From the NCBI GenBank assembly GCA_905331295.1, contig CAJNYD010000273.1, forward strand, positions 1 to 46,952: 46,952 nt of DNA, read 5' to 3'. The notes under the pieces were generated by a model, which saw nothing but the letters and a program-made list of their open reading frames with translations, was not told where the DNA came from and did not search any database. Numbering within the stretch: the first letter of the stretch is position 1; the number at the start of each line of letters is the position of its first letter. This document shows positions 26,131 to 38,800 of the stretch, piece by piece. A program made the translations under genes and the position numbers. This stretch comes from Rotaria socialis. Its lineage: Eukaryota.

Positions 26131-27618
26131 TCAAAAGGTTGAATTAGTAGCTGTACCGAGATTGGTATCAAAAGTGAGCACCCATACGTGAAAAAACGGA
26201 ATTGACTGTATCGAACGAATATTGAATAAATGAGCCACTACTGGAAGCTAAAAACAATCATAGATTTCATAACAAAAAAAAAGGAAAATACATGTGTCGT
26301 CTATTTGACTACCTTGTACATCAATAGTACAGGAGATACCTCCGTCACTTGCAGAAAAATATTTGTATTGAGCAATGCTAGGTGCTGCTTCAAAGAAGAC
26401 GACTTGAAAATGATAGTATTGTGACGCTTGATTATAATGGCTCATGTAACACTCAAATATTAGATTACGATTCGGAGCATTCCCTTCTCTACTATAATAG
26501 ATTCTTTGTGATGTGCTCGCATATATGAATATGTCATCCCAATAAGGAAGAGCTGCTACACCAGAGAAGGCTGCAGCAGGTAACGCAGCTTTTGTGTAAG
26601 CAGAAGAGCAAAGACCCAAACAAATGACCTACCGAAGAGAAAAGTGATTTATAATATTGGATATTATATATGCTTGTTTCTTTTCAATCGAGTCAGTAAA
26701 TTATAAGAAGATTTACACCGTTTGTTGTTGCATAAACAAAATTAGTTGTAGTATTGTAAAGTGTGATATTTCAGGGAAGTGTAACACCATAAAAATTCTC
26801 ATCGACTTGTCCATGGATGTCAGCTGTCCAAGCATAATTGCTGTTAGCTAATTGAATACCAGGCGCATTACTACAAGTACCAGCTGAACCACTTGTATAA
26901 ATGGACGCCGAGCAATTATGACCATTTGTACCACAATTATTTATACCAATTAACACGTGAACACAACGACCGAATGGTGAAACACAATTAGCTAAAATGA
27001 AGATTTTTCTTATTCAATTTGAATTCTTAAGCTACAATGTATATCAGTTCTCGATTAGTGAAAGACACAGTTTTTCAATAGTTTCTTTAGATTGAAAATT
27101 AATTAGTTTTTTTTCGACCGTAACCGTTATACCTGTAGTACCTAAAATAAAATAATATATAATCATGTTAATGTCTAAAAATAAAAATACATTATCTTAC
27201 TTGTACTTGTTGACGACGTAGTCATCCCAATTGTTAGACTACCAGAAGGACTTGTCGGCGGATCTAGAATTAAAGTTTAGTCTTTCCCTAATTTTCTTCA
27301 ACTCTTGTTTTATCAATCAGCGCTCTACTTAAAAAATATTGGAATGCATCAGAACGAAATCGAGAGAATAGTTCGGTTTTTAAACTAACTCATTTCGAAA
27401 AATGATATAGGAATTTGATTAATCTTTAAAATTGTTTTTCTATGCAGAATAATTAGGTACTAACTTGATTCTTATCGTCTAAGAGTCATATAAACAGCTA
27501 CTCCTATTTCAATGCAGACCATTGCGATTAGTGCTATCAATAATATCAGCCAAAATCTAAATCGTCTAAAATGATAGTAAGTTGACTTTGAATAACAATT
27601 ATATAGCGTTGTGGTCAT
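26131..27618 (-). pseudogene. Decayed type II membrane gene: TM anchor, Ser/Thr stalk, STIG1-like Cys motif and NIDO-like beta domain
   Basis: TM FWLILLIALIAMVCIEIGVAVY followed by TAA 27472-27474; small Ser/Thr exons; CVHVLIGINNCGTNGHNC; VDENFYGVTLP*(TGA 26771-26773)NITLY..TTNG; PYWDDIFI..IYY..LIFECYMSHY..YYHFQVVFFE..DGGISCT; probable frameshift near 26183. Possible extra 5' exons up to ATG 28105. Confidence 0.6.
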
Positions 27619-30600
27619 CGGCTGAATTTTGCTAACGGATTTAACTGTTTGGTCTTAGAAAGTTTAAAGGCTTCTAGGTGAATATTTTTTCTTATCAGTT
27701 ATTAAAAGATTATAATTAGTTTCTGTCAGATCAGATTTTACAATGATAAATATTTAAAATAATGAGTATTGCTCAATTTTGGTTCTTTTCGCTTCCTTTA
27801 CAAAATAATCTTCTGAATGAATAACATCTTACTTGTTTAAAATAAGTTATATAATGTTCACGAGTCTGTTTTGTTCCCAGTTGTGTAATGAGAGGATTTA
27901 CGATAAAAAAAATTTTGCCATTTAATATCAGAGCTTTTTTTCTTCTTCGCTCATCACTTCAAGCTTTCTCAATGCGAATAAACTCAGAGACAGAATCCAA
28001 AAGGATCTTTAAATAACCCATTTCTTTGATGGTTTCACTCACTTTCTGAAACCTTGGTACTTGTTGTGGCTGATATACATTACTTTTTTCATTGATCCTC
28101 GGCATTTTGTTTTATTTACCATGGTATCAATCGCGTTGGGTTTATGTACTCAACTATGAAATAATTTAAATAAATCAACTTTTATACTTTTTTTACTGCG
28201 ATTATCGCGAAGTGACTTATTGTGTAATCGGCACTGCCGCGTGATTCTTGATTTTTGATTTGTATGAAGTATATTTTTTTGTTGTAAATTCAGTAAAAAT
28301 TGAAAGTAAACTGACAATAATGCTTGAAATCAATTATCATAGAATTCGATGAGAAAGGAACGTGTTTGTTTTGCTTAAATTCATAATGGATTCACAAAGG
28401 AACAATATTATTTTAATGGTGCAAGCTGAACTCATGCGATTAGTAGGAAATGAAAGTATTCTTTTGACGCTTCAACGATAAGAGGTTCTCGTCTGTGCGA
28501 AAAGTTAAAATTCAAATGCAATTAAGTACAATCAAGCTAAGCATGTTAATTGTATTGATTGCTTTTTTACTAATCAGTTATTTTAACAAGTCTTATACAC
28601 GTGTATATTAAATTATATACATCGATAGTTTGTGCTATAGTTATTTATCTATAATGTAGGTATATGTTGATAAATCTTGCGCTATTTTATATCATTCGAC
28701 GGATCGAGAGATACTAGGAGGCAAAAACAACTCAATTATTCTTCATATTCAGATATGTATCTGATAAAAATAATAGTATCATATTTTAAACAGATCTTTT
28801 ATTTCTTGAGATTGGAAAACTAAAACAAGATTCTTACTCAACGTTTAATTATCTGCAAGTAAAATGACGAAAACGATGAGGTGTCAACTGTTTCTAATAT
28901 GTTGTTTTTAATGTTACTGTGTGATTTGGATTTACGTTGAGTAGCAAGTGTGGTTTGCATTGATGTGGCACACGAAGTATATTATAGACTTTGATTATGA
29001 ATAGATCTATGTCATATTAATTTGGATACAGTGTATGTGAATTATATTGTGTAAGTTTGTAAATGTATTGCTACGAGCGATACTCATCGATTGACGCAAG
29101 ATAAATCTAATAGGGTGAGCACACTGACAGCTTGATTGACCTTCCCGTATTCTCTCGGTGCAATCGCTTACGGTAATCATCAAAAACTCAAACTCTTCGA
29201 AATCTCAGCTATGATCAGGTTTCAATTTGAAAAGATTCATTCGAACCGAATTCATACATAGAATTGTTTCACTATCCTACGACTTATTTAGTTTGATTGT
29301 AAATGGGTATACTAGTTTTTACATATATCAACTACGGTAAATATATTAAATGATCTTCGGTATTGGGGGTTTGTTGAAAATATTTAAACTTATAATGCCC
29401 TTGCCTACAGTCTATGACACTGAACGTATCATGGAATCAATAGAACAGTTTTATATATTACACAACTTCCATAATATAGATTTCTATATTATATTACTTT
29501 AAATAATATGAATTCTGTAAAGTTTGTAACGATCGAAAAGATTCAGATATTGATGAAATCTTTGTATCGAATGGAACTCGATTTTTTTTCTTGATTATTT
29601 TCGAATAAAATAATTACATACAGTTCTGGTAAAATAACTGTAAATAGAATTTTATCTAATCATTTCAGGCAACAATTCTCCATTTTATATAGCTCTACAT
29701 TTTCTAGCTCTATCTTTAAGCATATTAATAGCAATGGTTGAAATTAAACTTACTACATAGAAGTACCGTGAACTTATTTATGGAACATTATTCAGTTTTA
29801 GAAAATCAAGTTTTTCAACATATTTCTTGATTCTACAGCATTGAAAATGTTTCTGTAGATACTAGACAAACAATACATTATTTTATATTCCCATGGGGAA
29901 CAAATTCAAAATGATACATTTGATTGATGATTGAATAGTTTTTGCATCATTACAGTAAACACAACGTGAATTCATTGACTATCATAAGAAAGAAAAAGGT
30001 AACGTGTACGTTACTTCGAAGCTATATAAAAGTGTCCATTTCTAAAGTGGAACGTCTTTGATATAAAATTTTTTATTTAATATTCGAATATCTCGATCGT
30101 TATCTTGTATAAGATATTTTTTCAATTGTCAATACTCATTTTCACTGTCTTGTCAATAAATTATTTCCACTTAAGCTTAATTTGTCGTGGATATCTAAAT
30201 CTAGTTTTGAATATTATTATAAATTTATTATCGCAAAAAATTTAACTTGAATTATTTTCTATTGATAACTCATTTATTCGACTTGTATCAGTAAAGCTTG
30301 AACGGACGAATGAACGCCGAACATAATTTATCTAAAGCTGAAAAAATGTATCTATCATTGATAAAGAATGTTCTACAATTAAACAGCTTCGTTGTCTATT
30401 TGCTTTATGTTCACAAATAGAATGTTTGTCAATAAATATAGCAGGAGCTAATGAAGATATAATCATATAATTTTTATTTTCAAAACTGAAGAAGAATAAT
30501 TATCGGATCATTAGCCAAGAAAAAATGACTTGATAATTATTCGCTAGAATTATATCAACGCAAAATCTATTAATGGTGTTGACTAATGTTTCTATGCAAT

Positions 30601-31472
30601 ATTGAATCTCGAAATATTCAGGAATTGATGAATAATAAAAGTATCTTTAAAATATAGATATTCATATTGATTTACATTTAAAATAAACTAAACTGTGTAC
30701 ATACTGAAAATGAGAAATGTCTAGTGAACGATAGGTATTCTCTCAATCATGATTGATATAAGCAGCGAAAGAATCTATTTTATCTGTTTCAGCATGACAA
30801 ACAAGACTTGTTCTTTTTTTTTATACCGATGGTAGGATTCAACTCATTAATATAAATGAGCTTCGAAAAAACTTGAGTTGATCATATTACAGGTTATCTC
30901 TAATATTATAATAAAACAGTTGAAATCTTTTTGTCAAATACATCCGACATTTGTTTCCATATTTTAGCGACCACTATGAAAACTTCAAAATCCATGGCAT
31001 AAATTATTTTATAATCTACGAATTTTCCATTAGTGAATAGTCATAATCATATTACTTTTAGCTCGTGTTAATACTTGATAGTTTAAATAAATGTTCTTTA
31101 TAACGATAAATAAATCGCTGTAATATATTTGAATGATTGTAATCGATTAGTGTCCATCTATTTTTCAAATTTGATATACAGGAAATGAAATGACATAATC
31201 AATTTATTTCTATCCATAGCTTTTAAATAGTTATGTATTATGATTTACTTATTTTCTATATCATTTAGTTGCATGAAAATTAATTTTTTATTTTTCTTTC
31301 TTATCTGTGTCCATGATATGTAAGCAAGTATAGTTCTTTATCTCTTTGTACTTTACTATCACTCATCATGACTTGATATTATTTTCTTCAGAAACCATAA
31401 GATTAACACTATCAATATTTTGGTTGTATATTTTAAGTATTTCCTACACGATTTTAATCTTAAGTAAAATAA

Positions 31473-33639
31473 ATGGATGAACCAAATTCCGAAGAATCAA
31501 CAGCGTTGATAACCGATCATGGCGTTCCATTAGCTGTACGTGATAATCGAAGTCTGAATGCAAAAAGACTAGCCAGCTATCTAATTCTTGCAAGCACTGT
31601 TTGCGAGCGTTTAGCATTTTACTCGCTAGCAATTAATCTTGTTGTTACATTAAAGTATACAGAACTAAATTGGAATCCTTCAAATAGTGCAACGGCTTCA
31701 TTTATCTTTTTTGGTATGATTTAGTCAACACTATTAGTAAAAGATGAAGACTACTAAGTGTGTGAATCTCGTTTATGTTTATAGGTACTAGTTATATTTC
31801 GACACTCATATTTGCCGTGATAAGTGATGCAAAATTAGGCCGAGCTAAAACTATAATTATTGGTCTGCATTGAAACAAAAATAAAATGACTAAAATAATG
31901 TGTTGTATTTTGTTCTAGGTTTTTTTCTCTATTTCTCTAGCTATATAATGATAATATTGATTGCAAATACCAAAACACATGCATCTATATGTCCAAATAC
32001 CACGGATTCACACAGTTCTATCATTTCTGAACATTGCGGACCTCAAATTGTTGGAACACTTATTTCAATGTAAATCAATCTATTGAGAAAAGAATTGTTT
32101 CTATTGATAATTTTTTCAACTAAGGGCTATCGGTGTAGGAGCTGTACAAGCGAATATGGCTGTGTTTGGAGCTGAACAAATTCATGAATCAAAAGTTACA
32201 TCAAGATATTTTGATAAATATTATATAGCCGTCAATATTGGTGCCATTATTGCTACATTATCAATACCTGTCGTACAAACTGATGCAGATAGTCAAACTA
32301 ATTCTAATAATTATTTTTATGGATATTTATTGGCCATATTTATGCTTAGTGTTGCTTTTGCATTATTTATTATAGGGTTTCGATACTATATTCATACACC
32401 TCCTCAGGATACAGTTATTGCGCAGTGTATTCCTGTAGTTATTAGTGCATGGCAAGCATGGCGAAAATATCATAAAAATAAACTAGTAGTACATAGATAT
32501 AATGGAGATACTATGTCAAGAAATGGCCAAGAACGAGTAATCGCAAATGAAGACGAAACACTTTCGTTTCTCGATTATGCAAAAGCAACTAACAATGGAA
32601 AAAGTCTTGATCGACATGTAAATAATGTTAAAATACTTAACAGATCTATTATTGTATTTCTTTTACTTATTCCATATTGGATTATTTATTATCAAGTATG
32701 ATGAATTACATATTTAAACAAATAGCTCTATTAACTTTCATTTCTACTCATTTTTAGGTTCAGATAACATTTCCGTTACAAGGTAAACAAATGAAGATGG
32801 CTTTTTTAAATAATGAAAAACCAATGCCTATTACTTGGATGTCACTTGGTGATTCAGTAACCATTATTAGTGAGTTTATTTAGAAAAAAAGCAAAATTGA
32901 TTTTGTTTCGTTAAATTTTCTATAAATATTAGTTAGTATTACGATTTTAAATACAGTTGTCTACAAATTTTTCGATACGCACAATCGACAATTGACTATC
33001 AAGATTAAACTTATCATCGGAATGGCTTTAGCATCATTGACTATGTGCATAACTGGTATAGTTGAAATGGATCGACAAAAATACTGTACAGAAGGTATAC
33101 AACTGCATAGACGAATGAATGTTTTTTTTTCTCTTCTATATCATTTCCATCGTTTAGAAAAAGATGACTCAAATTTGAGCATCTACTTTCAATTACCACA
33201 AACTATATGCATGGGTCTTTCGGAAGTATTTGCTACTGTGGCAAGTCTTGAATTTGCTTATGTAGTTGCTCCACGTTCAGCTCAATCGCTATTAATGAGT
33301 CTACAGTTTTGTTCATTGGGATTAGCATCATTTATTGGCAAAGGATACCTTTCTATATATTCAACTACGTCAAGTAGTGTGGACTTTAGTGTAAGTAGAC
33401 AAAAAAAATTTGATTAAACATTTCTTTTATCTAATGTTCTATCGAATATTTAGTGTTTAAGTCTCAATCAATGGACATTTTCAGCTTATTTTTTCATTCT
33501 TGCTGTTCTCCAGGTAGCTTTCATGATTGTTTTTATTGTGTGTGATAGAAATTTTCAAATACTTAAACTAAATTTGCAACAGAAAAAAACAATTCAATAT
33601 CGCGAAAGTTTATCTAACTCATCGGTTGTTACAAAATAA
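31473..33639 (+). CDS. Proton-dependent oligopeptide transporter (POT/PTR2, SLC15A4-like)
   Basis: Multi-exon MFS gene with CERLAFY, ISDAKLGRAKTI, GVGAVQANMAVFGAEQ, YFDKYYIAVNIGA and QLPQ..MGLSEVFATVASLEFAY..APRSAQSL. Last exon 33454-33639 ends VTK*. Confidence 0.92.
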
Positions 33640-34743
33640 ACAAATATTTGTATATAGAATTCTGTTTTATCGTTTGCTTTCAACAATAAGAATATAATAA
33701 ATTATTATTTGATATGTCTTAACACGAACTAGAAAAGTATTTCTTTCAGATAATCATTTTAATGTGTTAATATATTATGAATATTAATGATAAATAACAA
33801 TAAAATGTTCAATAAGCCCTTTGTCAGATATGAAAAGTTAAAGAAAATAAGTAACGTTATTTGGAAACAATCATCGCATGTGATTCAAACCGGAAAAAAA
33901 CCGACAGCATACCGACGGTTCACCTTTCGGCATAATGTGCGCTCTACCACCTGTATACTGCCGGTACACCGGCGGTTATTATGAGTACCGCGGTATATCG
34001 GTGGTTGTGACAAAAAAGTGTGTGACATGGGGTGAATCATTTTTAGATTTTTTGTTGTTTTTGCTTCATACTTTCTCAAATAACAATAAAATACATAGGC
34101 TATGACAATTTAATTTTATACTACAACTTGTGGTTTATCTGAAGTCCTTGGAGAATTCTACGAGTAAAAGAAAATATAATACATGAGACTGTTTCTAGTT
34201 CATCATCAATGGGCGATTCCTATGATTTCTGATTATTCTTTCTTAGAAACAGATAGTTTTGATCAAAAACAATTATTTAGTATACACTGAGCAGGCGCTT
34301 TTCATCGAATATTTAGTAAAGTTGAAACTTCTATTCTTTATTATCTGGCATCGGAGCGGCTCTGTCAAAAAAAATAGGAATTCCTGTATAGGATAGGTCT
34401 AAAATATATAGGATCGCCCTCAACTATATAGGAAAAATATAGGATCAAAAATCTATTCCAGAAAAAGATTTAGACACCGAAAAATCACTGCAACAGCATT
34501 GAAGATGATAGTGTGTTTTTTTTTGCACGTACATCTAATCAGCTAAATAAAAATATTATTGAATTTCGAAAAGTAATGGAGCAGCAAGATTTTCTTAAAA
34601 CATAAAAAAAAACTAATTTATGTTCGATTTATTTTCACTATTGGACATACATGCACTTTAGGATGTGGGTGAGTTTCTGAACAAAATACTCACACATTCA
34701 CATTGACACCNGTGAGAAAATATAAATAGGAGAGAGCGATACA

Positions 34744-34758
34744 GAGAGAGAGAGAGAG
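34744..34758. repeat. (GA)n microsatellite
   Basis: Visible GA run. Confidence 0.85.
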
Positions 34759-34824
34759 AAGAAGATAAATAGAGACACAAGGTATTGAGAGAGAAGGGAA
34801 TACGGAGAAAGCAAAAGATAACTA

Positions 34825-35042
34825 CCCAGGACGATGTTTCCGGGCTCCGGAAATGAGCAGATTTCATTGGAACCGGCCAGAAACATACTGGAAACGCACC
34901 GGAACGTGCAGAAAAGCGCCGGATATCATCGGACCCTGGAAGCAGGATTCCGGGACGAAATTATTCGGTGATTTCCGGCGGGAACCAACANCCCCCCCCA
35001 CCCCCCCCCCCCCCCCCCACCCCTTTCCCGGTTACGCCCCTA
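34825..35042. mobile_element. Fragments of two probable MITE-like repeats joined at an n junction
   Basis: GC-rich CCGGA-repeat block 34825-34990, then n at 34991, poly-C and CCCGGTTACGCCCCTA (reverse complement TAGGGGCGTAACCGGG, resembling a hAT terminus). No partner TIRs seen. Confidence 0.4.
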
Positions 35043-35824
35043 CAAGTATGTACAAAAGACCACCTGCTAAACGAATACCAATAATTCGAGTTTTGGATAC
35101 CTTCCTTAAGAAGAAAAGAAAAAAGCACCGTGAAAGACTACATAAATGTCGCACTTCTTATCACATTCAAAATCGACCAATCACCACGTATTTAACCAGG
35201 TGGAGTCGGTTAAGAATTGTTTTCGTGTCTGGAGCGAATAGAATATAATCTATTCAGTATTGTTAATTTTAACTTAAAATGGATATGAAAGTAGCCGATA
35301 GAAATCTTTCATCAACGCAAACCAGTTAATAATTATTCCGCATAATCAAATTATGACAATTGTTTCGAATTTTTGGTTGAGATAAGCTACATACACTTCG
35401 TAACTACACGAGCGCTATCAAGAACATGAATTACGTTGGCACTGCTGCCAGTGTATGTGGAAATTGTAAGTAGCTTATCTCGACCTGAATTTTTTTAGAT
35501 ATTTATTTATTTATCTGAATTCATGATGACTAACCTAATTTAGTAACGATAAATATTCGTTTGTATTCTAACCAATCTTATTCTTTTTATATTCGTAGAG
35601 GATATAGTTTAGAAGCATGTTCTTCCGATGAAGTATTTAAATCAAAAATTTTTAAAGTATCTCATAAAAGAAAAGAATATATATATATAGACATAGATAG
35701 ATATACACGTATATATGTATAGAAGAATAATCATTATTGTGAATTTTTAAATAAAACCACACATGAACAAGAATTTTCATATAATTTTTTTCTAGAGTTT
35801 TGACGTACTGTTCTTTGTTGATTC

Positions 35825-38800
35825 ATGGCATCGAAGTATGCTTCATTAAACGATGAAGATATTCGTTTGCCTTCAAATGATGTAAGACTACTAAAATTAT
35901 TTAAAAAATTTGACTTGACAATCCTATCTAGCTTCCTCTATGTTCAAAATATCAGCAAAATCCCATGTCATGTCATACAAATGAATGTAAAAATCTTCAT
36001 TTGTGCCATGATTATGTATTAAATAGCAAATGCTCAAAATTTGACTTCAATGGAAAATGTTCACATTCTCATTCATTGTTTACGATGCACAATCAATTCG
36101 TCCTTAAAAAAAGAAGGTCAGTATTGATAAACGATGAGGAAGCTTTCGATAAAATAGCACAACTTCTACGATCGTCGAAATTCAAGTCCTCGGAAACAGT
36201 ACCGTACAGAGTCAGACAAATTTCTATTCCAGATGATAATCAACAAGCTGGTTTAACAATTGCAGAAGTAAAATATATTTTATTTTAATTAGCCAATTAT
36301 ATCTTTGAACTAGATGCATAAAGTTCCATTGGAATCGGTAAAGAATACCATCAGTGGAGGAGACCATTCGAATCTATTCGCATATAATCGAATGCTCCTA
36401 CCGTCATTTCTAAAAGATTCTTCATCTGTACTATGCAAAAGTGGATCAAGTCAAAGTACTTGCAGTTCATTACCTCAACAACGTACTTTCACTGATCAAT
36501 CATCATTAGCAAAAGAAAAAAGCATGAGTCTTTCTCCACGTATTTCATTATCAGGCGATTCAAGTTTTTCAACAGTTATCATGCCAATCCCAACGAACTT
36601 TTCTACACATCGAAAAGTTGAAATGACTAGCCATAGTGTGGATTTACTTGATGAAAGATTTGAACAGCCAAGGAAAACAACGCCAAACAGATTTTCAAAA
36701 GGTATTGCGTCGACATTTCTAGGCACCGATGAAGGTAATTATACTTTTAAATAATCTTCATATATTACTTTAAACAAACATTGATTAATGCAATCAATTC
36801 AACTTTCTACAGCTACACTATAATTTGAGTGCTTATTCGCTTTCAAAAAACAGAAAAAACACACTCAAGACGTTTCTGAAGTGGTTTACGGGTTTAAAAT
36901 TTAGAATATGTCACACATCTAGATCTACATATAATATAAGCAGCTTGAAAACAACCCTAGTCGAATATCTTCTAAGTAAGATCTTGCCTACAATGCACAT
37001 GAACTAAAATTTGATGCTGAATCTTAATCTGAAGTTCGATTTTGTCTAACACTACAAGATGCTAAATTAGAATTTGATGAAATGTTTAAAACATTTAAAA
37101 TCACTTTGATCATGAAGACTCTTCAATGCTGACCATATTTTCTCGAACAATTCATCGTGATCTAGTTTTCAGGATTGATAAAACAATCTTTAGTTAATGT
37201 TAATAACTCAAGATCTTGCGTAAGAAAAGTCGAATTCTTATATCTTGAATGTACTACATCAACCTGTACTCAATATCTAATTACAGATCTTGCTGCAAGA
37301 TGACATGATGATCTTGTACACAAATTCCCCAAGATTTGACGTACAGGATGTTCGCCTATGGAATGCTGTAACTTAGTTTATTACTACTTTGTAGTAGGAA
37401 TTATCAATTCAATAGAACAAACTCGCGTACGAGCATAAGGATAACTTTTAATGACGATTTGAAACTTCATATAGTACACGTAGATCTTAAAGAAAAACGT
37501 TTTTTTCAACAATTGTAAGAGTATTTGATTTACTCTATTCTATAATAAAAAATATCAAATTAGACAGCGCTGATGAACTACATAAAAGATTAACTTTCAT
37601 ACTATTCGTGAACGTGTTTATAAGATCAACGTAAACATACTACAAACGAACTAATAACATATGCAGTAAAACTCTCCTCAGGATATCTATAAAAAAATGA
37701 TTAGAATGTACGCGAGGCAAGAATTAGTCTCAATTCAAATCTCATAAAGCTCACTCTGTAACAAAAACTTCATAACTAAAAATAAAATGCTAATAAAAGT
37801 AATGTTGTATGGTACTTTATTAAACGTATTTTTATATAATTATGTTCAGCGCTATACTCTACAAACTTTCATGTTTTTATCATCGATTAAAACTTTTAAA
37901 TTTCATATTTTAGTGAACGAAAAAGTTAATAATAGTCAACTAACTGTACCACTAGCTACTCGGAATGAGAAGACAGGATTTAAATATTTTCATCTTCACG
38001 TAAAACATAATGATAAAGTACCAACTGCATCCAATCCAATAGATTCAACGAAACGACTTACACAGACAAAATATGTTTTCGATAAATATGCAAAAGAACA
38101 CGAAGTAAGGACTTCTTTAAATAAAATTTGATCTATCTCTAGATGTTGATTCTTGATTCGTAATATAAATCTATTTTTTTTCAAATATTTATATTTCATA
38201 TTTTAGTTTGCGTACCTTTTTGGGCCGGGAAGATATATTCTAATGGAACAGGAACGATATGAAATATTTGCATCTGGCTATTGTCAATGTAGAAATGACA
38301 ATGAAGAAAAACAGATTTCAAAAGCAATAGATAAAATTTTGCGTAGCAGATTAAACGAAGATTCTGTATTTCTCAACAATGATGTCCTTAAACTGATGAT
38401 TTCAACAAGTGCAGTCGAAAGAATTTTAGAAACAAGTAATGCTAATTTGATTTCAATCCAATAATTTATTGAATAGATGCAGATCAAATGTATTATGCTA
38501 TAGCATCTACACCACTAACACTCATACGTAAGTCAACTAAAATTCTAAGTTGATAATCAGTTTAAAAAAAGGAATGAATCAATTTTTGATCTTGCGTCGA
38601 TTTATTTCATGTAAGTATACATGCTAGGCTAGACAAACAATGTATTCAATGCATTTATGAACGTCTATAGCGAAATGTCCGATATCGTGACAATGCAATC
38701 AATGATAAAAATTTTGTGCCTTGTTCAAAAAATATAAATGTTGATAAAGATATATCCACTTTTAAATATATTGATTGGAAGAACAGTTTACTTTTTAATT

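Noticed and set aside
9590..26773. Three in-frame TGA codons (9590, 17357, 26771) as selenocysteine or Trp recoding
   Set aside because: The same genes also carry TAA/TAG stops, frameshifts or truncation, and intact genes here use TGA as stop (e.g. 1515-1517). Ordinary decay is simpler.
34853..35248. 131-aa Pro-rich ORF
   Set aside because: Runs through repeat DNA, an n junction and poly-C; artefact.
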